Below the pieces are notes generated by a model. It made no database searches. It was not told the origin of the DNA and worked only from the letters and a program-made list of their open reading frames with translations. A program made the translations under genes and the position numbers. DNA of 64,000 nt, from positions 32,001 to 96,000 of the forward strand of contig OY829846.1 of the NCBI GenBank assembly GCA_963691875.1. The letters run 5' to 3'. Origin of the DNA: Aureliella sp. GTDB lineage: Bacteria; Planctomycetota; Planctomycetia; Pirellulales; Pirellulaceae. Below, piece after piece: positions 32,931-42,394 of the stretch; position 1 is the stretch's first letter; each line of letters opens with the position of its first letter.

Positions 32931-33863
32931 CTAGTTCTTCGTGGCGGCACGAAAACTCTTCTGGTGAAAGTCCAAGATATCCTTGGAGCGTTTTTCGTAG
33001 ATGATCTTGGCGCTATGCGGAGCGTCCGGCACTACAAGTCGCTCGAAGGGAATTCCTTCCGTTTTAAGAAAGCTCATGAATTCCAAGTTGTTCTCATAGT
33101 TGAAGCCTTTGTCGCCAACAAAGACAAGCATGCGAAAATTGGCCGCATTGTCATTTTCCATCGTGGCTGAATAGGATCGAGCCAAGTCCCAAGTGTTGTA
33201 GCCTTCTGCGAAAATCAGAGAATCACTTTCACGACCACCTTCTTCAGAGATGCGTTTCTCCGTCTCATAGCCACCGCCACCCGGTGCGGCCGAGCAAAAT
33301 AAGTTCGGATGCCTCATGATGATCCGCATCGTACCACGTCCGCCTTGTGAGAAGCCCTCGATGCCGCGTCCACTACGATCGGCAATCGTGCGATAAGTTC
33401 CATCGATATGAGGAATCAACTCCTTGATGAACACGTCTTCTCCCATCGCGTTCTTCTTCTGCGGATAGTTGTAATGACTTACCGGTCCGCCGTTGATAAA
33501 CACATAGATGGTGGGATCGATCTGCTTGCTTTGGGTGGCTCGGTGCACGAAGGCGGCGAGTGAGATGCTTTTCTTTTCGCTGCCAGGACGGCCACCGTGC
33601 AGATAGTAAACGACCGGGTACTTCTTCTCTGCGTTCTTTGGCATTTCGTAGCCAGGAGGCAGATAGATGAAGTAGCCGACATCGAGATCCATCGAGGGGC
33701 TGCGAAAGGTAGCGTGCTTAAGTCCTGGGATATTGGACTTCGCAGGATTCACCCACTGAAACGTTGCTGGTTTCTTCTTTTTGTTCGACTGCTCCTGTGC
33801 CAAAGCTGGGCTGACGCAGAATGTGAGTGCGATAACAAAGCAGGGAAGTTTCCGTATTAGCAT
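32931..33863 (-). CDS. Secreted alpha/beta-hydrolase esterase (CE1-like)
   Basis: Signal peptide, YPVVYYLHGG, GFSQGG nucleophile elbow, C-terminal PH; alternative start 33896. Confidence 0.85.
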   Translation of the reverse strand: MLIRKLPCFVIALTFCVSPALAQEQSNKKKKPATFQWVNPAKSNIPGLKHATFRSPSMDLDVGYFIYLPPGYEMPKNAEKKYPVVYYLHGGRPGSEKKSISLAAFVHRATQSKQIDPTIYVFINGGPVSHYNYPQKKNAMGEDVFIKELIPHIDGTYRTIADRSGRGIEGFSQGGRGTMRIIMRHPNLFCSAAPGGGGYETEKRISEEGGRESDSLIFAEGYNTWDLARSYSATMENDNAANFRMLVFVGDKGFNYENNLEFMSFLKTEGIPFERLVVPDAPHSAKIIYEKRSKDILDFHQKSFRAATKN

Positions 33864-34000
33864 TGTGGCTCCAGTGAAAAAGCAGCGGTTCGCCATATTT
33901 TGAACCGATCGAGCTCGCCGATCCAGTATCTACCAGGATTCCTTTCTACAATGTTGCTGTCTCGCTGTTGTCCCAGGGAAAGAAGATTGTGATTTGGCAT

Positions 34001-34810
34001 ATGATTTCAAAACGAAGTTTCGCTTGGCACTTGAGTTTCGCTATTCTTGGCGTCCTGACCCCTCTGTCAGGGTCCTTGTTCGCGCAGGAAGAAACTCGAA
34101 CCCTGCGTGTGCTCAGCTACAACATTCATCACGGCGAGGGGACGGACGGCAAACTCGATTTGGAACGCATCGCCAGGTTGATTCTTGACTCAAAGGCCGA
34201 TTTGGTTGCCTTGCAAGAGGTCGACAAGAAAGTCGGTCGCAGCCAAGGTGTCGATCAAGCCGCAGAACTGGCCAAGCTAACGAAGATGTATTTTGTTTTC
34301 GGTAAGAATATCTCCTTTGGCGGTGGCGACTATGGCAATGCGGTTCTCTCTAGGTTTTCTATTCAGGAGAGTCAGAATCGGCACTTGCCAAACGTGAACA
34401 AAGGGGAGCAGCGAGGAGCTTTGACTCTGAGAGTTCAAGTTCCTGGATGGAAGACTCCGCTACTGTTTACCTCCACCCATTGGGATCATCGTCGCGAAGT
34501 GGAAGAACGTGAGCAGTCGGCGAAGGTACTGGTTGAGATGGCGACGGACACGGAAATGCCGCAGCTGTTGGCCGGAGATCTGAATACAGTGGTTGGCTCC
34601 AGGGCATTGGAATTGCTCTGCGCGAGTTGGACTTTGGCAAACGACAAGCCGCTGCCAACCGTTCCCGTCAGCAATCCTACGAAGCAGATCGACTTCATTC
34701 TTGGAAACAAATCTTACCGATGGATATTTGAGCAGACACGAGTGCTCGATGAGGCGATTGCGTCTGACCATCGCGCGATTCTGACTGTCGTTCGCTTGGA
34801 CGGTGCGTAA
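34001..34810 (+). CDS. Secreted endonuclease/exonuclease/phosphatase family protein
   Basis: SYNIHHG, LQEVD, YGNAVLSR, GDLN, IDFI, SDH. Confidence 0.9.
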   Translation: MISKRSFAWHLSFAILGVLTPLSGSLFAQEETRTLRVLSYNIHHGEGTDGKLDLERIARLILDSKADLVALQEVDKKVGRSQGVDQAAELAKLTKMYFVFGKNISFGGGDYGNAVLSRFSIQESQNRHLPNVNKGEQRGALTLRVQVPGWKTPLLFTSTHWDHRREVEEREQSAKVLVEMATDTEMPQLLAGDLNTVVGSRALELLCASWTLANDKPLPTVPVSNPTKQIDFILGNKSYRWIFEQTRVLDEAIASDHRAILTVVRLDGA

Positions 34811-34987
34811 AGTAAAGTTTTGCACTACTGGGGCGGTTTGTTCTTTCATGACAAGCGAGATGCTTATGCTGCATCGTGGGGCGTGATGGTAACTTACAGT
34901 TACGGATTGCCATAACCTGTATAAGCTTTGCTGATCTTCCTCCCGTGTTCTCTCCCTCTGGCCCGCCTGACGGAACGGATTTTGACG

Positions 34988-37900
34988 ATGAAGTGTTCCT
35001 GTGTCTTCAAGACTGTTTTTCTTCCTTTGGTTCTATTTTGCACCTGCAGCTCCATTGCTTCGGCAAATGACAACGCCGGCTCCTCAGCAGCGCAGCCTTT
35101 GAAGAGCTTGCCAAAAGTGGGGCATCCGACTTTCCTAAGTCCTCACGCCTCTCCGATCTTGGCGCACGGCTCACAAATCTTCGTGGTCAATACTCCGGCA
35201 GACACGGTGGATGTGGTTGACGCGAAGTCACAGCAGGTTACGGACCGGATTCATGTCGGTGTTGATCCTGTCAGCTTGGCTCTGCGTCCTGATGGGAAAG
35301 AGTTGTGGGTCGCGAATCACATATCTGACTCGGTCAGTGTGATCGATACAGATTCGAAGAGTATGACGCACTTTCAAGTCATCGCTACCGTTCAGGAAAT
35401 CGACGCTCGCAGCAAGTCTACGCGTTTTGATGAACCGGTGGGAATCGCATTTGCCAATGATGAGAAGGCCTACGTTTCTTTGTCTTCTGAGAACAAGATT
35501 GCGGTCGTTGATGTAGCCAGTCGCAAAGTTGTGCGGCGACTCAATATTCCCGCTCAAGATCCTAGAGCGATCCGAGTTCGAAATGGCAAGTTGTATGTGG
35601 TTCCGTTTGAGTCGAACAACAAAACGCAACTCTCCGGTGGCACGGGCGAGTTGGATGATGGGATCGAGACGTTTGACGCTTATCAACATTCGATTGCCGT
35701 CAACAATGTTCTTTCGATTGGTCACGTGGTCGATGTTGTGAAACATCCGAAAGTTCCCGATCGGGATTTGTTCGTATTTGATACGGAGACCGACAAGTTG
35801 ATTGAGACGGTCGATACGTTGGGGACATTGCTGTACGGGCTCACTGTTGACTCAAAAGGTCGAGTCTTTGTTGCCCAGACCGACGCTCGTAACGATGCAA
35901 ATGGGAGATCCGGGACGAAGAAGCATGGTTTGGCTGAACTTGAGAATCGAGCGTTCTTGAATCAGATCACACAAGTCGGTTTTGTCGATGGAAAAGCTCA
36001 GAAGCCACAGTTCTTTGAGCTTGAGCCTTTGCCGCCGATGCATCCCGCCGAGGGCGAAGGCCTGGCGACTCCCTTTGCGATTGAAGTCAGCTCAGACGAC
36101 AAAGTTCTGGTCTGCTCGGCGGCCGGTTCCGACATTGTGTTCACAGTGGATGCGGAAAGTGGCAAGATCTTGGGCAGAGTCGAAGTTGGCGCCGTGCCAC
36201 GTGGCATATCACTTGTTCATGGCGAGGACGGTGAACTCGACAAGGCCTGGGTTCACAACGCAGTTGACAATTCGATCAGCCAACTCGATTTAACCGATGT
36301 CGCTGAACCAAAGCTAACTTGCACGGTAGCTCTGGAAGATCCAACATTGCCTGCGGTCAAACGGGGAAGAATTGCCTTCAACACTGCAGCGGCTTCCACC
36401 ACGCGGACTTTTTCTTGTGCCAGCTGCCATCCAGATGGCCACACAGATCAATTGTTGTGGGTGCTAAAAACACCAGTGGTGACCGGAGGCAGTCAGATCA
36501 TGCCGCGTTCCACCATGCCGATTCGTGGGTTGCGAGACACAGCTCCTTTCCATTGGGATGGCATACCCGGCGATCCGTATGGCGGCAACAACAGTGGCAA
36601 CATCTACGGCAGTGATGAGCCTAACTCGGATGTTGCAAGACCGGAAACCACCACGCGGCACTTGATCGACGGTGGTCTCGCATCCACCATGAAGTTAGTG
36701 GGTTCAAAGCAGAGGAACGACGAGGACAAGGAAGGAGCTTTGACCGCCAAAGAACGGGATGACATGGCGACTTTCTTGCTAAGCGTCCTCTATCCCCCTG
36801 CACAGCGACGGTCATATACCAACGAGTTGTCCGAACGTGCCCAAAAGGGATACAACTTGTTCCATATCGAAGGTGACTATCAGGGGGATCCGCGACCGAA
36901 TGTCTGTGGCGACTGCCACCGGATGCCATTCCTTGTTAGTACCAATACGCCAGGCAGCGGAATGGACGCACCAACTTGGCGCGGCGCCTACGATCGTTGG
37001 TTGATCTTGCCACAAGGTCGGCTGAATATCATCGACTTCGATTTTTTTGAACGCATCGCGCGGCAAGGGATTCCGGAGCGAAATCTTTGGCAGTTTTCGT
37101 GGGCGGGGCGGCGACGTTTCGATCCGATATGGGACATGGTGCTGGAGAACAGTACTGGCTTCTCGGGTGCATTTGCACGACAAGTCACGCTCAGTAAGGC
37201 GACGGTAGGCGAAGAGTTGACGACCGACTTGCTCAGTGCATTGGAAACGGCGGCACAAGAAGGTGCGGTGCAGTTGCAGGTTCACGGCGTCTTGCTTCGC
37301 GGTGTGAAATCGATGCAGGTGGCTCTTCATTACGATCCTAGCATTGAGGGGGGAAGCTATGTGCAGGTGGGCGGAAAGAAGCGTGTTCGCAGAAAAACCT
37401 CGCTCGAGGTGGGTGCTGATAGCGCAGTGGAGTATCCAACTTACAGTCCACAACGGTTAGCAGCATTGGCAGCCAAGGGGCAGTTTGTCGGTACATTTAC
37501 CGCTCAACAAGGCGTGTGGAGCAATGTTGAACATCCACAGCCTGGTTTGTGGACACGTGGACCCATCGAACAACAACGCGGCCACCAGGTTTTTCCAATC
37601 CTGTTCGGTGACCTTCGCACGATGGAAATCAGCGGCAGGCACATCGCGAAAGATGCGCACGTATACGTCGATGGTCACCGCGTAGAGGGGAAAGTCACCT
37701 TGGGCGAGGATGATGACCTCAGCATCGAACTGTTGGAACTGCCTAATGAAGGAATGCATTTAGTTCAGGTGCAAAATGTGGAGGGCATGTTCAGCAACGA
37801 CTTTATTTTCCACGTGGTCGCCGACGAAGCTGCAGCAATGACTTTGCGTGAACGGCGCGCGGCGCTACAAAACCCTGGTTCCGCTCTCCAAAGCGCTATT

Positions 37901-38386
37901 GCAGAGGGCAACCTGAAACGAATGAAGCGGCTCATTGATGGAGGAGCGCGAGTGAATGCACGCGGAGGCGATGGTGGCTCAATTCCACTTAGCACGGCTG
38001 CATTACATGGCGAATTGGACGCGGCGAAACTGCTTCTGGAGCATGGAGCGCGAATCAACCACACCAATCGAGATGGAAACACTCCGCTGCTTATAGCCGC
38101 CTTTATGGCTGAGACCGAAATGGTCGAGTGGTTGTTGGAGAATGGCGCAGAAATCTTAAAAGAAAACGAGCGAGGCGAGACTCCAATCGACGTGATCACA
38201 AGCGATGTGGACGAAGGGCTGGCGAATTTCTATCGGGGAATCGGTGTGTCGACCGGTGCGGAGATCGACCTCGCGCACATCAGGAAGACGCGTCCCGTTC
38301 TCCGCAAGTTTTTCCAGGAGAAACTAGCCGAGCAAGGAACCAAAGATGAACCCAAAGATGAACCCGAAGCTGACCGCGACGATTAG
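34988..38386 (+). CDS. Secreted YVTN/YncE beta-propeller + di-heme cytochrome c + ankyrin-repeat protein
   Basis: Signal peptide; WVANHISDSVSVID propeller repeats; CASCH (36416) and CGDCH (36905); ankyrins (PLSTAA, GNTPLLIAA, GETP). Confidence 0.85.
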   Translation: MKCSCVFKTVFLPLVLFCTCSSIASANDNAGSSAAQPLKSLPKVGHPTFLSPHASPILAHGSQIFVVNTPADTVDVVDAKSQQVTDRIHVGVDPVSLALRPDGKELWVANHISDSVSVIDTDSKSMTHFQVIATVQEIDARSKSTRFDEPVGIAFANDEKAYVSLSSENKIAVVDVASRKVVRRLNIPAQDPRAIRVRNGKLYVVPFESNNKTQLSGGTGELDDGIETFDAYQHSIAVNNVLSIGHVVDVVKHPKVPDRDLFVFDTETDKLIETVDTLGTLLYGLTVDSKGRVFVAQTDARNDANGRSGTKKHGLAELENRAFLNQITQVGFVDGKAQKPQFFELEPLPPMHPAEGEGLATPFAIEVSSDDKVLVCSAAGSDIVFTVDAESGKILGRVEVGAVPRGISLVHGEDGELDKAWVHNAVDNSISQLDLTDVAEPKLTCTVALEDPTLPAVKRGRIAFNTAAASTTRTFSCASCHPDGHTDQLLWVLKTPVVTGGSQIMPRSTMPIRGLRDTAPFHWDGIPGDPYGGNNSGNIYGSDEPNSDVARPETTTRHLIDGGLASTMKLVGSKQRNDEDKEGALTAKERDDMATFLLSVLYPPAQRRSYTNELSERAQKGYNLFHIEGDYQGDPRPNVCGDCHRMPFLVSTNTPGSGMDAPTWRGAYDRWLILPQGRLNIIDFDFFERIARQGIPERNLWQFSWAGRRRFDPIWDMVLENSTGFSGAFARQVTLSKATVGEELTTDLLSALETAAQEGAVQLQVHGVLLRGVKSMQVALHYDPSIEGGSYVQVGGKKRVRRKTSLEVGADSAVEYPTYSPQRLAALAAKGQFVGTFTAQQGVWSNVEHPQPGLWTRGPIEQQRGHQVFPILFGDLRTMEISGRHIAKDAHVYVDGHRVEGKVTLGEDDDLSIELLELPNEGMHLVQVQNVEGMFSNDFIFHVVADEAAAMTLRERRAALQNPGSALQSAIAEGNLKRMKRLIDGGARVNARGGDGGSIPLSTAALHGELDAAKLLLEHGARINHTNRDGNTPLLIAAFMAETEMVEWLLENGAEILKENERGETPIDVITSDVDEGLANFYRGIGVSTGAEIDLAHIRKTRPVLRKFFQEKLAEQGTKDEPKDEPEADRDD

Positions 38387-38420
38387 CCGGTGAAGGATAA
38401 GTCCGATAGCAAGTGATTGC

Positions 38421-38890
38421 CTACGACATATTTGCTGATCCAATCCTTGAATCTTTGAAAGAATCTTGTCGCAAGACAATCTTGAAGTCACGTACGTCCA
38501 GACGTGAAGAATTGCCTAGACTCCGTAAGCGTACGTGACCTTCCAATAAAGATCCTAGGTCGTTTTGAGTAAAAGGGGGGCATAGACTACGCGCGGCAAG
38601 GCAAAGATCAGTGCGTAACCTGCCGATTTTGGTGGAACCGGAATCTTCAGATTCAAGAAGAAGACAACTACGGAGGTCGCAAACAGACAGCCAACGCAAA
38701 TGTTAACTAGAAATGGATCGCCGAGTAGCCTTCGCAATTTGGTGACGTATAAAAGCCAAGCTTGCAGAGTGAGCAAAATTGCAAGCGAGGCTGAAATCAA
38801 GCTGGCTAGCTGCAATTGCCGCGGATTTTGCTAGAGTGCCGCAGCGATATTACTAGGCTGATAAGGATGCTCCGGTGCTAGGGATAGCTC
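38421..38890 (-). pseudogene. Decayed membrane-protein gene
   Basis: One frame: ..EHPYQPSNIAAAL*QNPRQLQLASLISASLAILL...LLLKTT*DLYWKVTYAYGV*AILHVW; PYQP lead-in and TM helices with several stops. Confidence 0.4.
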
Positions 38891-39124
38891 AATCGAGTGG
38901 TGGTGGGTCGGCAGTCAATCTATCATCAAGTAAATTGAGCCGAATGCGATTGCTTCGGGGTGAGGGAAGAATATCTAATAACCCCTCAGAATAACCGAGT
39001 TCTCGGTATAGCAACGAAGCATCTGGTAGCAGGAAACCTCTGTGCTCTTTGTGGACCCTGTGGGTATCAAACCGTGACAGCAGGCCTTTTATGGGCGAGA
39101 ACACAGATTCCACAGGCTTTAAAC

Positions 39125-39533
39125 GGTTGGTTTTTGCGATTCATGCGGATTGGTGGTCCGTGCAGTTCGTCTTGAGTGCGACTACGTAGACCGATGGCGT
39201 TCTGACGTAGGCTGAACCAAGCGGCTTACGACGGGCAGCGGCGATTTTGGGCGTCCGATCCATGCGCTTTGATTTCGTTTTGGGGATGCAGACGGTATGA
39301 GGCAGTGCAGCGTTAATTGGTAGGGAATAAATCCTGTGCGACCTGGCTCTAAGGTGCTCGTAGAGTATGTTGAAGGGAATCCCCGAGTACCGTGTATTTG
39401 GGTCCATTGCTCCGGCTTGCTGCCGCTTTGGGCGGGAGCAGTGATCCTCTTCCTGCGTTACGGCGGCGGTTGCGTCTTTGGTGTTGTGATCAGAAAGCCA
39501 AGCTTGCCTGCCGAGGAAATCTCTTCGCAATAG
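39125..39533 (+). pseudogene. Decayed DUF3592-like membrane protein gene
   Basis: VFAIHADWWSVQF..TT*TDGVLT*.. then a frameshift to PGSKVLVEYVEGNP...LPLWAGAVILF. Confidence 0.4.
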
Positions 39534-39837
39534 AATGGCTGCTAACGAGAATCTGGTGAAGTAAGTTCGGAAACCTCCGAGCCTGATGGCTCGACCTTTG
39601 GCAAGCTGAGGGTGGCTTCTCAGATCCGTAGTTTGTGTTTTGAGGACCGCGGCAGGATGCCAACGGTACGCTTGTTCTTGGATGGCGGCAGGATGAGACC
39701 GAGCGGACGTCGTTGGACGACCTGAAGAGCCCATAGGCTGACCAGGGCTCGCGCGTCGCTGGATTTTCGGCTATAGTGCGATATTGGGCGAGAGAGATTC
39801 ATTTCTCGCCTTACCACACAATCTCCGACTGGATCCC

Positions 39838-40773
39838 ATGCGAATCCTCACTGAAATAAACGGCTTAGACTCCGCTGAAAAATTTGTCGCCTATCTTCTG
39901 ACGCTAGAGGTCGATACCCAGATTGAACGTCGAGAAGGTGACGGGGATATTTGGGAAGTCTGGGTGCGGGATGAAGACAAACTGCACGTGGCAATGAAGG
40001 AGTTGGAGGCCTTCCAGGCCGATCCACTCAATGCCAAGTACGCGGAGGCTCTTCCAGCAGCGCAGAGGATTTTGGCGGCTCGCGCGGAAAAACACGAGGC
40101 AGCGATAAAGAACATCAAACGCATCTCGAAATCGAACAGTCCCGCTAGTTTTACTCGAGGGCGGATTCCACCGCTGACTCTGACGCTGCTGATCATCTGT
40201 CTGGTCCTAGGCGTATTAACTGGGTTTGGACGCCCCAAAAATACGACTGGTGTATGGATCATGAATCAGCTTGCCTTCGCGGAAGTAGCTGACATAGAGC
40301 AAGCTGGTGGAGATCCAGCGGCGAGTATCAGGAAAGGCGAAATCTGGCGTGTAGTGACACCGATCGTTTTGCATGGCAGCATTATTCACCTGGCGATGAA
40401 CCTGTATTTCTTCACATCGCTGGGAAGAATCATCGAACGATGGATTGGCACACCTAAGTTTGCGATCCTGATCTTGACGCTCGCAGTCTTGCCCAACCTG
40501 TTGCAAGGATTGTCTCCAGAATGGATGCATGGAAATCCACGGTTTGTTGGAATATCTGGTGTGGTGTACGGCTTTCTTGGCTATGTGTGGGTGCGCAGTA
40601 CGATCAACCCGCTGCATGGTATCCAGATTCCCTTCCCAATCATTCTAGTTCTTCTGGTTGTTATTCTGATCGGGCTCTCTGGTGTGGTGCCAGACTGGAG
40701 GTTGGCCGACCTTTGTCACCTTGGCGGATTGGTTGTGGGGTCGGCGATTGGATTCGTGTCTGAGAAAGCTTAG
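39838..40773 (+). CDS. Rhomboid family intramembrane serine protease (GlpG-like)
   Basis: WRVVTP..LH..HLAMN, GISG catalytic Ser, HLGG catalytic His; soluble N-terminal domain. Confidence 0.92.
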   Translation: MRILTEINGLDSAEKFVAYLLTLEVDTQIERREGDGDIWEVWVRDEDKLHVAMKELEAFQADPLNAKYAEALPAAQRILAARAEKHEAAIKNIKRISKSNSPASFTRGRIPPLTLTLLIICLVLGVLTGFGRPKNTTGVWIMNQLAFAEVADIEQAGGDPAASIRKGEIWRVVTPIVLHGSIIHLAMNLYFFTSLGRIIERWIGTPKFAILILTLAVLPNLLQGLSPEWMHGNPRFVGISGVVYGFLGYVWVRSTINPLHGIQIPFPIILVLLVVILIGLSGVVPDWRLADLCHLGGLVVGSAIGFVSEKA

Positions 40774-40815
40774 CCGAGCTTCTCCATTCAACAGCTGTCT
40801 CGCCAGGTTTCATTT

Positions 40816-41493
40816 GTGAACGATCATCCTGAGAGTCTTGTCGTTACCATAGACGGTCCTGCCGGCGCTGGGAAAAGCAGCGTCGCGCGGTTGCTGGCTG
40901 CACGACTCGATTTCGAGTTTCTGGACACAGGGGCAATGTATCGCTGTGTTACCTTGGCTGTCTTGCGGGCAGGAATCTCTCTCAGCAATGCGAACCGAAT
41001 TGCAGCTTTAGCTGAGACGCTTGAGATTGATGTGAAAGGGACCGAAGTCCGCATGAATGGCGAAGATGTTTCCGAAGCGATTCGGCGTCCCCAAGTGGCT
41101 TCCGCCATCGGTTTGGTCGCCGATAATGTCGACGTTCGTGAGACTCTCAGCGACTTGCAACGTAGGTGGACCCAAGGCCGAAGAGTCGTCACCGAAGGCA
41201 GAGATCAGGGTTCAGAGGTCTTTCCTAATTCTCCTTGCAAGATTTTTCTGGTTGCCAGCCCCGAGGAAAGGGCGAAGCGTAGAAAGAGGGAACTTATCGC
41301 CCGCGGAATCGAGATGACTTACGAACAGGTACTTGCGCAGCAATTGCAACGCGACTCAGATGACAGGTCGCGACCGGTAGGTGCGTTGCGCAAAGCCGAA
41401 GACGCAGTTGAGTTCTCGACCAACGGGCTACCACTTGAGGAAGTCGTCGATCAATTAGTCAAACTCGTGCATGATCGGATTACGGGTTCATGA
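40816..41493 (+). CDS. cmk: Cytidylate kinase
   Basis: IDGPAGAGKS, DTGAMYR, EGRDQG, RDSDD..R. Confidence 0.96.
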   Translation: MNDHPESLVVTIDGPAGAGKSSVARLLAARLDFEFLDTGAMYRCVTLAVLRAGISLSNANRIAALAETLEIDVKGTEVRMNGEDVSEAIRRPQVASAIGLVADNVDVRETLSDLQRRWTQGRRVVTEGRDQGSEVFPNSPCKIFLVASPEERAKRRKRELIARGIEMTYEQVLAQQLQRDSDDRSRPVGALRKAEDAVEFSTNGLPLEEVVDQLVKLVHDRITGS

Positions 41494-42218
41494 GTCAGGC
41501 AGAAACGGTCGAGAGTGCAACGGACGTTGAGTCTTCTGCTGAATCCAAGCCACGCCGGGAAAAGAAGAAGCCAGCGCCGGCTAAAAGAAGCCTCGCGAAG
41601 CATATCTTCTATTTTCTGGTGCGTCTGATTTCTCAATATTTCGGAGTTTTTCTCTTTCATGCGAGGTGCTACGACCGGCATTGGATTCCCGGTAAGGGTG
41701 GTGGGTTGATCCTGAGTTCACATCAAAGCCATTTTGATCCGGTGTTGATCGGTGTCACGTTCAACGAGCGATTGAACTATTTGGCGCGACGAACTTTGTT
41801 CAATAATCGGATCTTTGGCGCCATCATCAGTCTGCTCGACGCAATCGAGTTGGACCGTGATCGTAGTGGACTGGCTGGGCTCAAAGAAACGCTCACTAGG
41901 CTACGACGTGGTGAAAAAGTTTTGATTTTTCCTGAAGGAACGCGTTCGAGTACCGGGCAAATGGCTCCACTAAAGCCCGGGTTTATTTCGGTGGCCAAAC
42001 GCAGCAAAGTTCCATTGATTCCGGTCGCGATTACGGGAGCTTTTGAAGCACTGCCGCGAGGTTCCAAGATTCCGGTTCGCAATCCTATTCGACTCGTTGT
42101 TGGCGAGCCGATTGAGTTTGAAAAGATCGGAGAACTCTCTGATGATGAGCTGCTGGCATTGGTGCAAGCTCGGTTGCAGGCAATAGACACGAGAGCTCGA
42201 AGCTTCTCCCTACTGTAG
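41490..42218 (+). CDS. plsC: 1-acyl-sn-glycerol-3-phosphate acyltransferase
   Basis: HQSHFD and FPEGTRS motifs; ATGA overlap with cmk. Confidence 0.9.
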   Translation: MSQAETVESATDVESSAESKPRREKKKPAPAKRSLAKHIFYFLVRLISQYFGVFLFHARCYDRHWIPGKGGGLILSSHQSHFDPVLIGVTFNERLNYLARRTLFNNRIFGAIISLLDAIELDRDRSGLAGLKETLTRLRRGEKVLIFPEGTRSSTGQMAPLKPGFISVAKRSKVPLIPVAITGAFEALPRGSKIPVRNPIRLVVGEPIEFEKIGELSDDELLALVQARLQAIDTRARSFSLL

Positions 42219-42394
42219 TGGGATTCGCAAGAATCCAGTGCTGTGTTTGGGGGTTCGCCAAAATTCAATCAAGAGGCTTTCGCCTCAATCTATGAGGGCG
42301 CAATGAGGAAAGTGCCGAAGTATCGGCAGCGCCGGAGAGTTGTATGAGGCTGCTCCGAGAATGTAGACCAGGGAATTTGGGCGAATCCCACTAC
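42215..42394. repeat. Inverted pair of GTAG-type REPs (REPIN-like) between convergent genes
   Basis: GTAGTGGGATTCGCAAGAATCC (+, 42215-42236), degenerate copy at 42245-42266, GTAGTGGGATTCGCCCAAATTCCC (-, 42394-42371). Confidence 0.85.

Noticed and set aside
38338..38370. 12-bp tandem repeat (KDEPKDEPE)
   Set aside because: Trivial low-complexity C-terminal tail.
39141..39734. 197-aa minus-strand ORF
   Set aside because: Arg/Pro-rich shadow of the plus-strand DUF3592-like remnant and repeats.
42305..42330. GAGGAAAGTGCCG resembling the RNase P RNA GAGGAAAGTCC motif
   Set aside because: Mismatch in the core, no 3' P4 partner, and only about 170 nt of space inside a REP pair.
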